Positions 27,252 through 34,051 of a DNA stretch of 64,000 nt are shown here, in pieces (the stretch's first letter is position 1; every line of letters begins with the position of its first letter). Origin of the DNA: a virus (taxonomy: Duplodnaviria; Caudoviricetes); IMG/VR virus record IMGVR_UViG_3300033075_001021. One strand, given 5' to 3'. Under the pieces are notes generated by a model. That model made no database searches. It was not told where the DNA came from and saw only the letters and a list, made by a program, of their open reading frames with translations. A program made the translations under genes and the position numbers.

Positions 27252-27342
27252 TCGTGCAGATGGGATTCGAACCCACATTTGATGTTATCTCAAGATGCCA
27301 GTTACAAGTGTGATGTATATAAGACACCGCTGCTACTGCACG
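27252..27342 (-). tRNA. D-armless tRNA-Ile(TAT)-like RNA with long variable region
   Basis: CGTGCAG/CTGCACG, GGTGT-CTTATAT-ACATC; shares 3' block with 24743-24834. Confidence 0.65.
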
Positions 27343-27348
27343 AATTTG

Positions 27349-27541
27349 TAGCGACGACGGGAGTTGCGCCCGCTTATCCTCTTAATACCGCTCTAACTCT
27401 ACATGGTGATAATTTTCTTCTGTCCCAACATCCCGTTGAACGCAGTTACTCTCTTATCGTTTGCTTTGTTAGAAGCATTAGTCTGGACCCCTATTAAGGG
27501 TTACTCGGTTCGTCCGAGCGAGGTCTGACCTCCCCATCCCC
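27349..27541 (-). ncRNA. unassigned ~190-nt RNA with tRNA-like ends
   Basis: 5' GGGGATG, 3' GCGGG-CGCAACT-CCCGT-CGTCGCT-A, several internal hairpins. Confidence 0.5.
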
Positions 27542-27555
27542 AATTAAAGAACTTG

Positions 27556-27627
27556 TTGACCCTACAGGATTTGAACCTGTGACCTTATGATTATGAGTCA
27601 TTTGCTCTACCGCTGAGCTAAGGGTCA
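27556..27627 (-). tRNA. tRNA-Ile2/Met(CAT)
   Basis: canonical cloverleaf, loop CTCATAA. Confidence 0.88.
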
Positions 27628-27804
27628 GAAAATAAAAGTATTTTTTAATAGTAGATATTCATCGATTGATAATTCTTTTGCTAAAATCATGTCAATCTTC
27701 TCAACATCTATATTCGGCGTATTAAGGATTTTGAATAAAACTTCTAATGTTTTATCCTTAGATACACCAGCATCTTTAAATGCCTCTATTAGTTTCTCTA
27801 TCAT
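27625..27804 (-). CDS. hypothetical protein
   Basis: start trimmed to MIEKLI. Confidence 0.55.
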   Translation of the reverse strand: MIEKLIEAFKDAGVSKDKTLEVLFKILNTPNIDVEKIDMILAKELSIDEYLLLKNTFIF

Positions 27805-27806
27805 TG

Positions 27807-27889
27807 TTGTGCCCGTGGGAGTCGAACCCACCTTGTTCCGAAGAACCCACCGTATCAGGATGGTGCCTAAACCGCTCGACCAGAGCACA
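27807..27889 (-). tRNA. tRNA-Ile(GAT), long variable arm
   Basis: CCATC-CTGATAC-GGTGG, variable hairpin GTTC-TTCG-GAAC. Confidence 0.85.
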
Positions 27890-27895
27890 ATATTG

Positions 27896-27968
27896 TGGGC
27901 ATACCAGAAATCGAATCTGGGTTTCTTGAGTATCAGTCAAGCGTTATAACCACTCTACTATACGCCCA
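27896..27968 (-). tRNA. tRNA-Ile(GAT)
   Basis: CTTGA-CTGATAC-TCAAG. Confidence 0.88.
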
Positions 27969-28042
27969 ATTTTGCAGTTTTTAAGTCATATCAAGGGACG
28001 GAGGTGCAAGCTCCAAAACTTGGGGAGGGGTTTAACCCTAAG

Positions 28043-28133
28043 GGCGCATGATGGGATTCGAACCCACGGTGTTTGATATAATCTCATTCTGGTTCACAGC
28101 CAGATTCCATCGACCACTAGGACAACACACGCC
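28043..28133 (-). tRNA. tRNA-His(GTG), long variable region
   Basis: G-1/C73, TCTGG-CTGTGAA-CCAGA. Confidence 0.82.
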
Positions 28134-28139
28134 ATGTTG

Positions 28140-28212
28140 CTGTTACGGTTGGATTTACACCAACTTCTCCGCTTGTACTTTACGGTGCATTATTCACATA
28201 TGCTACACTAAC
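28140..28212 (-). pseudogene. degenerate tRNA-like sequence
   Basis: T-arm-like GTTGG-TGTAAAT-CCAAC, partial acceptor and D stems. Confidence 0.45.
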
Positions 28213-28218
28213 AATGTT

Positions 28219-28295
28219 TGGGTAATTGAAGGGGCTCGAACCCTCGACCTCCTGAATCACAATCAGGCGCTCTAACCAACTGAGCTACAACTACC
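28219..28295 (-). tRNA. tRNA-His(GTG)
   Basis: canonical, CCTGA-TTGTGAT-TCAGG. Confidence 0.93.
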
Positions 28296-28300
28296 ATTTT

Positions 28301-28389
28301 GATAAATCCAAGGTTATCAACCTTGCATACGGATGAGGTATGTCCTTATGGAATCGAACCAACACAGCCAGTGCATCGGAAGATTTATC
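28301..28389 (-). ncRNA. permuted tRNA-like RNA (YrlA/Y-RNA-like topology)
   Basis: closing stem GATAAATC/GATTTATC encloses a TTCGATT T-loop and two further hairpins. Confidence 0.45.
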
Positions 28390-28392
28390 TTG

Positions 28393-28482
28393 CGGAGAGA
28401 ATGAGACTCGAACTCATGCGGCAACTTTCGTCACCGACTCGCTTTCCAAGCGAGACCGATACCAACTTCGGATGACCTCTCC
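28393..28482 (-). tRNA. tRNA-Ser(GGA)
   Basis: CTCGC-TTGGAAA-GCGAG, G73. Confidence 0.88.
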
Positions 28483-28488
28483 AATTTA

Positions 28489-28576
28489 CATACCCGTGTG
28501 GGATTCGAACCCACGGACCCCGATTAGGGGCCTCCGATTTCAGGTCGGTGCATTCAGCCTCTCTGCCAACAAGTAT
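28489..28576 (-). tRNA. tRNA-Ser(TGA), atypical
   Basis: CCGA-CCTGAAA-TCGG, class II arm, possible 8-bp acceptor. Confidence 0.7.
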
Positions 28577-28581
28577 ATAAG

Positions 28582-28672
28582 CGGAAGCGGACGGATTCGA
28601 ACCCTCAGACGATATTGCTACCGCCCCACTGTTTTCAAGACAGGGCCCCGCACCAATGGGGTCAGCGCTTCC
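28582..28672 (-). tRNA. tRNA-Ser(TGA)
   Basis: loop CTTGAAA, G73. Confidence 0.88.
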
Positions 28673-28677
28673 AATTG

Positions 28678-28846
28678 CTAATGGGGGAGGACTCGAACGC
28701 TCCACGGTGCGATTCAATAAACAGCAATTTGTGCTAGCTAGCTTGTGGTCAACCCGTTACTGCTTATCTATCTCGTTATCACCACCCCTGAGACAAAGGG
28801 GTATGTCTGCCATTGAGTCTTTTGACTCAGATTTCATCACCCATTA
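28678..28846 (-). ncRNA. oversized tRNA-like RNA (loop TTGTCTC)
   Basis: TAATGGG/CCCATTA acceptor, hairpin inserted in D loop, ~75-nt variable region. Confidence 0.65.
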
Positions 28847-29007
28847 ATTTGGTTTTCAATTCAATCAAAGAACTATAAACTGATTCAAGCCAATCAACGA
28901 TTTCTTTTGCTGAATAGTTGTTGTTTTTATACGCATCTAATTCTTCTTTGGTAATGCGTATTTGTTCATCTAATGTTAATTTTGTTTCGAAATTACTATT
29001 ATTTTAG

Positions 29008-29092
29008 CACGGATGGTTGAAGTCGAATCAACAAGCTACTATTACTTCGCACAGTTTTGGAGACTGCTTACCTCGCCAATGGATGCACCCGT
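29008..29092 (-). tRNA. tRNA-Trp(CCA), long variable region
   Basis: GCAGT-CTCCAAA-ACTGT, G73. Confidence 0.78.
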
Positions 29093-29098
29093 ATTTTG

Positions 29099-29169
29099 CA
29101 CGAACATTCAGATTCGAACTGAAAACTGTAGTTTTGGAGACTATTATGATGCCGTTTCACCATGCTCGT
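29099..29169 (-). tRNA. tRNA-Trp(CCA) with 4-bp anticodon stem
   Basis: ATAGT-CTCCAAA-ACTAC (A27.C43), G73. Confidence 0.88.
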
Positions 29170-29330
29170 GTATATATAAGAACTTTTCCTTTCTCTTTTA
29201 CAAACTTCAGCTCTGTTGAAAGGCCCAGTGCTAAAGCTTTTTGTTGATATTCCTCAACAATCTTGTCAAAATCCCTTTCTAACTCTTTGGGTTTCACCGT
29301 TCCTAGTTTCCTATAAAGTTCATCTGACAT
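29157..29330 (-). CDS. hypothetical protein (57 aa)
   Basis: MSDELYRKLG...; stop lies within the tRNA-Trp 5' end. Confidence 0.5.
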   Translation of the reverse strand: MSDELYRKLGTVKPKELERDFDKIVEEYQQKALALGLSTELKFVKEKGKVLIYTRAW

Positions 29331-29334
29331 AATG

Positions 29335-29366
29335 AAAAAAGCCTCTGGATTTTAGGTCAGAGGCTT
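29335..29366 (-). terminator. attenuator terminator of tRNA operon 3
   Basis: AGCCTCTG-loop-CAGAGGCT then T run. Confidence 0.85.
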
Positions 29367-29395
29367 TATATTGTGAATCGTGATTTGCTGAGTTT

Positions 29396-29494
29396 TTATC
29401 CCCAAGTATCGTCACTATTAAGCATGACCTGTCCGTTTGAATTACTACGTATAATCCAATTAATCGAATTCATATGTCTGTTAATAGTTCTCAT
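29396..29494 (-). CDS. leader peptide 3 (MRTINRHMNSINWIIRSNSNGQVMLNSDDTWG)
   Basis: 17 consecutive R/I/N/H/M/S/W codons; AGGTCA complementary to terminator TGACCT. Confidence 0.8.
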   Translation of the reverse strand: MRTINRHMNSINWIIRSNSNGQVMLNSDDTWG

Positions 29495-29599
29495 TGTTTT
29501 TATGTTTGTGGGTTTTCCCGTTAAGTAATAAATATATGCAAATATACGAAAGATTTTTTAAAAAGCAAATTTTTTATGAACTTTTTTTAAAAAAAATTT

Positions 29600-29989
29600 T
29601 TAGGCATACATATCGTCGTCATCGTCATCATGATTATCATGACCATGATGATGCCCATGATGGTGTCCATGCCCATGTCCATGACCTTCATGCTCACGGT
29701 CTTTTTCCTTTTCTTTTTCTTGTTTTTTCTCTTGCTCTTTTTGGTGTTTATACTCTTTTTTTCCATCACGAAGCTTAGAAGCTACAATTCTTTGAAATCT
29801 ATCATAAATAACATAACCCCTATTTGGGTTATCATCTAAATTTTTAGCAAATGCCAAAGCATCTTCTAATGAATCGGCGATAATTTCATTAACTTTTGGT
29901 ATAATACTATCTAAATATTTTACACTAATTATGTGTTTGTCGCATAAATTTTGGCGATTGTCTTTTTTTTCTGGTCTTTGATTTTTCAT
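29600..29989 (-). CDS. protein with His/Gly-rich and poly-Asp C-terminus
   Basis: HEGHGHGHGHHHGHHHGHDNHDDDDDD. Confidence 0.65.
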   Translation of the reverse strand: MKNQRPEKKDNRQNLCDKHIISVKYLDSIIPKVNEIIADSLEDALAFAKNLDDNPNRGYVIYDRFQRIVASKLRDGKKEYKHQKEQEKKQEKEKEKDREHEGHGHGHGHHHGHHHGHDNHDDDDDDMYA

Positions 29990-30006
29990 TTTTTTTGGTT
30001 TATAAA

Positions 30007-30366
30007 TTAGTATTCATCGATATCATCCCATTCTTCTTCATCACTTTCTTCATCTAACTCAGCTTCGCCATCCAATATTGATTGAAGATATTCTTCCCCA
30101 ATAAAGGTACCGAATTCACCCCCAAATATTTTATTAAATGTATCGTATTCATCTTTGGTGATTTCTTTAAATTCTATTCTTGATAATAGGTCTTCGCCGT
30201 TTGAATAATATAAACATTCAGAATTAGCATAATACTCAAAACTCCATGTGATGCTGGTTGCAATATCTTCAAAATCATTAACTTCTTTCTCAGTCATTAT
30301 TTTAAATCCATGCACATCAAACTCTTCACCATGGTTATCTATAAAAATTGCTAAATACCTTGCCAT
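30007..30366 (-). CDS. acidic hypothetical protein
   Basis: ORF track. Confidence 0.65.
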   Translation of the reverse strand: MARYLAIFIDNHGEEFDVHGFKIMTEKEVNDFEDIATSITWSFEYYANSECLYYSNGEDLLSRIEFKEITKDEYDTFNKIFGGEFGTFIGEEYLQSILDGEAELDEESDEEEWDDIDEY

Positions 30367-30403
30367 ATTTTTTTATATAAATATCTAGGTAACGACAAAA
30401 AAA

Positions 30404-30428
30404 ATAGCCCCATAAAAATGGGGCTATT
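30404..30428 (-). terminator. intrinsic terminator
   Basis: AATAGCCCCAT-loop-ATGGGGCTATT then T run. Confidence 0.8.
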
Positions 30429-30448
30429 AGCTTAAGGTCTTAATTAAA

Positions 30449-30709
30449 TTAAAGACTGTTGTAAGTCTTTAACAAAGAAAGGAATGTTTGGTAGGTGTCT
30501 TTGTCTACATTTTTATTCCTGTAGTTTTCTTTGATTCTAGCCTTTACATCAGAAAGGTAATTTCTACCAAATTGATTTTGTCTAGAGGCTTCTGAAAGAG
30601 ACAACTTTCCTTTGATTGCGGTCTTAAGGATTTTAATACCGTTTTCAACACTAGATTGGGTTCTAGTCTTCTTCGTTTTAGCTGACCTTGCGGTTTTTGT
30701 GTTTGGCAT
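30449..30709 (-). CDS. small basic protein, possibly DNA-binding
   Basis: HTH-like LSLSEASRQ...GRNY; own promoter and terminator. Confidence 0.6.
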   Translation of the reverse strand: MPNTKTARSAKTKKTRTQSSVENGIKILKTAIKGKLSLSEASRQNQFGRNYLSDVKARIKENYRNKNVDKDTYQTFLSLLKTYNSL

Positions 30710-30783
30710 AGTACTGGATTTTTAATTCGTGTTATTTATTAGATTACAAATATACGAAAAAAAATCAGTTCGTGCAAGTTTTT

Positions 30784-31941
30784 TTACAACAATTTTTGAA
30801 AATTATTATATTCAGCCCTAGCGATTGCGTCTCCAAGCTCTTTACCCTGCTTTAAACCATGTGTTTTCATTAGTTCTTCACCAGAAACTGTCAATTTGAA
30901 TACTATAAAAGCTTTAAGTAGCTTAGAATCAATATTTTCATGACCGCCAAATTTACTAATCTGACCATCTGTTACACCTGAAACTTTTTGCATTCTTTTA
31001 AGCTGAACAGCTGTTTCAGGTGTAAGATTTAACAAATTAAGTAAAAATGTAATACCTCTAATTTCGTCAACGGTATATTTCAAGTTGTTTAGTTGTTTAG
31101 AAACAACGCTTGGATTATTCCCAACCAAAAGAGTGCTGATAACCAGAATAGGGTCTCTTTCTTCAAGAAAATCGTTGTTTACTCTCAATCCTTTGAATAT
31201 CCAATCAAACAGACCATATTTGTCAATAAGGCTCAAAAAGTGTTTAACAGACTTAGCTGATTGGATACCTTTGATAAACTCATCGCGAATCCTTTCACCT
31301 GAAATACCATCAAGACTAGCATCGTTTCTTAATGCAGAGTCAACCTGAGGGTCCAAACCTGACCCAAACCTACCAGCAAATCTTATAGCTCTAAGAATTC
31401 TAAGTCTATCTTCGTTAAACCTTTCTTCAGGGGTACCCACGGTTCTTACTACACCGTTTTTAAGGTCTTCTATGCCACCCACAAGGTCAACAACCTCATG
31501 GGTATCTATGTCATAAAAAAGGGCGTTAATAGTCAAATCTCGACGTTTAACATCATTCTCTATGTTGGTGAACTTTACGGAATCTGGTCTTCGAGAATCA
31601 GAAGACCCAATATCTTCACGAAAAGTAGCGATTTCGTATTCCCCTTGGTTGGTAAAAACATTGATTACACCAAACGCTTTACCTGTTGGGAGTGTCCTGA
31701 ACCCAGCTTGGGCCATGATTTGTTCAACCCTATCTGGAAGGGCGTCAGTGGCCAAATCAAAGTCTTTTGGCTGTTTACCCAACAAAGCATCACGCACAGC
31801 ACCACCAACAACATAAAGCTTATGGCCGTTATTTTTAAAAACGTCCTTTATAGCCAATATATCGCTAGGTATGTTGATATCGTATTTAACCCTATTTTCC
31901 ATTAGTTTGAAACGCAATGATTCGCGTATAAAATTTTTCAT
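30784..31941 (-). CDS. cca: CCA-adding tRNA nucleotidyltransferase
   Basis: VGGAVRD...DFDLAT, RRDLTINA, EDRLRILRAIRF, SGERIRDE. Confidence 0.9.
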   Translation of the reverse strand: MKNFIRESLRFKLMENRVKYDINIPSDILAIKDVFKNNGHKLYVVGGAVRDALLGKQPKDFDLATDALPDRVEQIMAQAGFRTLPTGKAFGVINVFTNQGEYEIATFREDIGSSDSRRPDSVKFTNIENDVKRRDLTINALFYDIDTHEVVDLVGGIEDLKNGVVRTVGTPEERFNEDRLRILRAIRFAGRFGSGLDPQVDSALRNDASLDGISGERIRDEFIKGIQSAKSVKHFLSLIDKYGLFDWIFKGLRVNNDFLEERDPILVISTLLVGNNPSVVSKQLNNLKYTVDEIRGITFLLNLLNLTPETAVQLKRMQKVSGVTDGQISKFGGHENIDSKLLKAFIVFKLTVSGEELMKTHGLKQGKELGDAIARAEYNNFQKLL

Positions 31942-31984
31942 TCTATACAAAGATACACCATTTTTATCAGACGACAAAATCTTT

Positions 31985-32347
31985 TTAGGCATATTTTCGT
32001 TTTTTTAATATTTGGTTATCTTCTATCTTTGAGAAATCAACCCCTCTATCGGAAAATTTAGCAAAATGAAATATCAAGTCAGCAACCAATTTAGTAAAAG
32101 CATCCCCACCTGTTATATTAACCAACGCTTCTCTGGTTTCTTTTGGTAGTTTACCAGTATTAAAGTAGATTTTATCAGCTTGTTGTAGATTTTCTGAAAT
32201 ATTATCGGGGGTGTTATCGGCACCGCACTTATGACAAAAATACATATCCGAGCCAGCCTCGGATTTTTTCCAGCTCCAACCACATTTACCACAGGTGATT
32301 TTATCCTCAATTCCTTCCCTAAGTAAGTGTTTTATTAGTGATTTCAT
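31985..32347 (-). CDS. zinc-ribbon protein with N-terminal IKHLLREG motif
   Basis: CGKCGW...CHKCG. Confidence 0.6.
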   Translation of the reverse strand: MKSLIKHLLREGIEDKITCGKCGWSWKKSEAGSDMYFCHKCGADNTPDNISENLQQADKIYFNTGKLPKETREALVNITGGDAFTKLVADLIFHFAKFSDRGVDFSKIEDNQILKKRKYA

Positions 32348-32355
32348 ATTGGGTT

Positions 32356-33366
32356 TTAATATAAATATCCCAATTTGTCGACTTCTTTTACGGCTTGTAT
32401 AAACCTTTCTTGGTAGTCCCCCCCTATTACAACATATTGAATTTTCTTTGCGTCTAACTCAGATTTAATTTTGTTAAAATGTTCTTTTCTCCTTTCTGGG
32501 AAATCACGGGTTCCATCATCAACCCAAGGTATATCGATATCCAACAATATATAAAGGTCAAAATATTGTTTAAAAATAACTTCACCTATTACAGTCGAGT
32601 CAAATTGTTCACCAAGATACATTTTTCCAAACACCTTAGTCGTTATTGCTTCAGTATCAACAAAAAGAACCTTGTTACCCCTTTTTAGTTTCTCACTAAT
32701 AAGTTTTTGATGACCAATTGCAATATTTTCAAAATCTAACGGTGTTAGATTTTCCGTGCCGCTAATCTCTGTATATGTTCTACCATACTCTTCAACATAA
32801 TCAGTACCATAATGGGTTGCTAACTTCTTAACTAGCGTTGATTTACCTGTTGATTCTGGACCAATGATAACAACACGCTTTGTGAAGTATGGTTTTACCA
32901 CATCAGGAATAAACTTCCAATTTGCATATGGATTTTCTCTAACTGCTGTTCCAGAAACAGCATAGTGACTTCTTGGTTGGTCAACCAACACGTGTTTAAT
33001 CCCCAAATATTCGGCAAACTCATCACCGTATTCTTCAGATGTAAAAACAGCATCCAACTTTTTTATGCGATTATAGACACTGGGGACCCAATATTTCTTA
33101 TAAAAAACATCAACCGATTCACACTCATGTGGATATTGTGGATTTGGGTCAGTACACCATATAATACGAATGTTAGGTTTATCTTTATAGATTTCCTTCA
33201 GCCAACCATACCTTAACCAGCCATCGATTGGTTGTGTTCCGTCAGAGCAAATCATAACGTGGGTTGTTTTACATTGCTCAGCTGCTGTATCAATTAAATA
33301 CAGATGCCCACGTTGCGGTGGCATGAATTTACCCAATACTAAACCGTTGTCATATTTTTTACCCAT
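32356..33366 (-). CDS. nadR: NadR-type NMN adenylyltransferase / ribosylnicotinamide kinase
   Basis: GKFMPPQRGH; GPESTGKST, EEYGR, WVDDGTR. Confidence 0.92.
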   Translation of the reverse strand: MGKKYDNGLVLGKFMPPQRGHLYLIDTAAEQCKTTHVMICSDGTQPIDGWLRYGWLKEIYKDKPNIRIIWCTDPNPQYPHECESVDVFYKKYWVPSVYNRIKKLDAVFTSEEYGDEFAEYLGIKHVLVDQPRSHYAVSGTAVRENPYANWKFIPDVVKPYFTKRVVIIGPESTGKSTLVKKLATHYGTDYVEEYGRTYTEISGTENLTPLDFENIAIGHQKLISEKLKRGNKVLFVDTEAITTKVFGKMYLGEQFDSTVIGEVIFKQYFDLYILLDIDIPWVDDGTRDFPERRKEHFNKIKSELDAKKIQYVVIGGDYQERFIQAVKEVDKLGYLY

Positions 33367-33878
33367 TTTGTTGCTCCTTTAATTGAAAAACCGATTAAAA
33401 TAAAAAACAATATCGCTGACCAGTACATTCCTTGATTTAAAAACATTATTATAAAAAGTACATCAGCAATAATCCATGTAAAAAAACCATGAATATACTT
33501 TTTTGCCAAATACCAATTCCCTAACATACTTAGAAGAGTTGTCAAAACATCTAATTCTGCTTGTGGGTTATCAGTATATCTTTTTAACAAAGGTACCGTA
33601 ATAAATCCAATTAAACAAACAATTAATAGGTCTCTGACCCAAATATTGTGGTTTAATAATATGCAAGATTCATCTTGTGTCGCTTTCCAATAATACCAAC
33701 CATATATGCATTGTCCTAATATGATGGTATCGGCTATAACTTGACCATATAGATGCTCATTAAAGACTAGATAAATGTAAATCAACGTTGCAAGAATCGC
33801 TGAGGGCCAACAAAGCACGTTTACCTTTACAGTGTAATATGCTGAAATAAGTGTTAATATTACCGCTATTATTTCCAT
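33339..33878 (-). CDS. pnuC: PnuC-family nicotinamide riboside transporter
   Basis: multi-TM, YGWYYW, W..W...D pattern; overlaps nadR. Confidence 0.85.
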   Translation of the reverse strand: MEIIAVILTLISAYYTVKVNVLCWPSAILATLIYIYLVFNEHLYGQVIADTIILGQCIYGWYYWKATQDESCILLNHNIWVRDLLIVCLIGFITVPLLKRYTDNPQAELDVLTTLLSMLGNWYLAKKYIHGFFTWIIADVLFIIMFLNQGMYWSAILFFILIGFSIKGATKWVKNMTTV

Positions 33879-34051
33879 TACTCATCGAATAATTTTCTTT
33901 CCTTTAAGGAATTAAATAATTTATCCGCTCTTTCTTTTGCTTCACGAATAAACTTTATATGTTTGGCCCTTCGTATAATCTTACGAATACCACCAATTGT
34001 TTTTACTTTCTTACCCCTTTTGTTGCCCCAGTAAAGATATTGTCCTTTCAT
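33878..34051 (-). CDS. small basic protein (57 aa)
   Basis: MKGQYLYWGNKRG...; overlaps both neighbours' start/stop. Confidence 0.55.
   Translation of the reverse strand: MKGQYLYWGNKRGKKVKTIGGIRKIIRRAKHIKFIREAKERADKLFNSLKERKLFDE

Noticed and set aside
28870-28925. TTCAGCAA with short flanking complementarity
   Set aside because: Lies in a protein-like open frame and lacks the AAG...G stem ends of the other copies.
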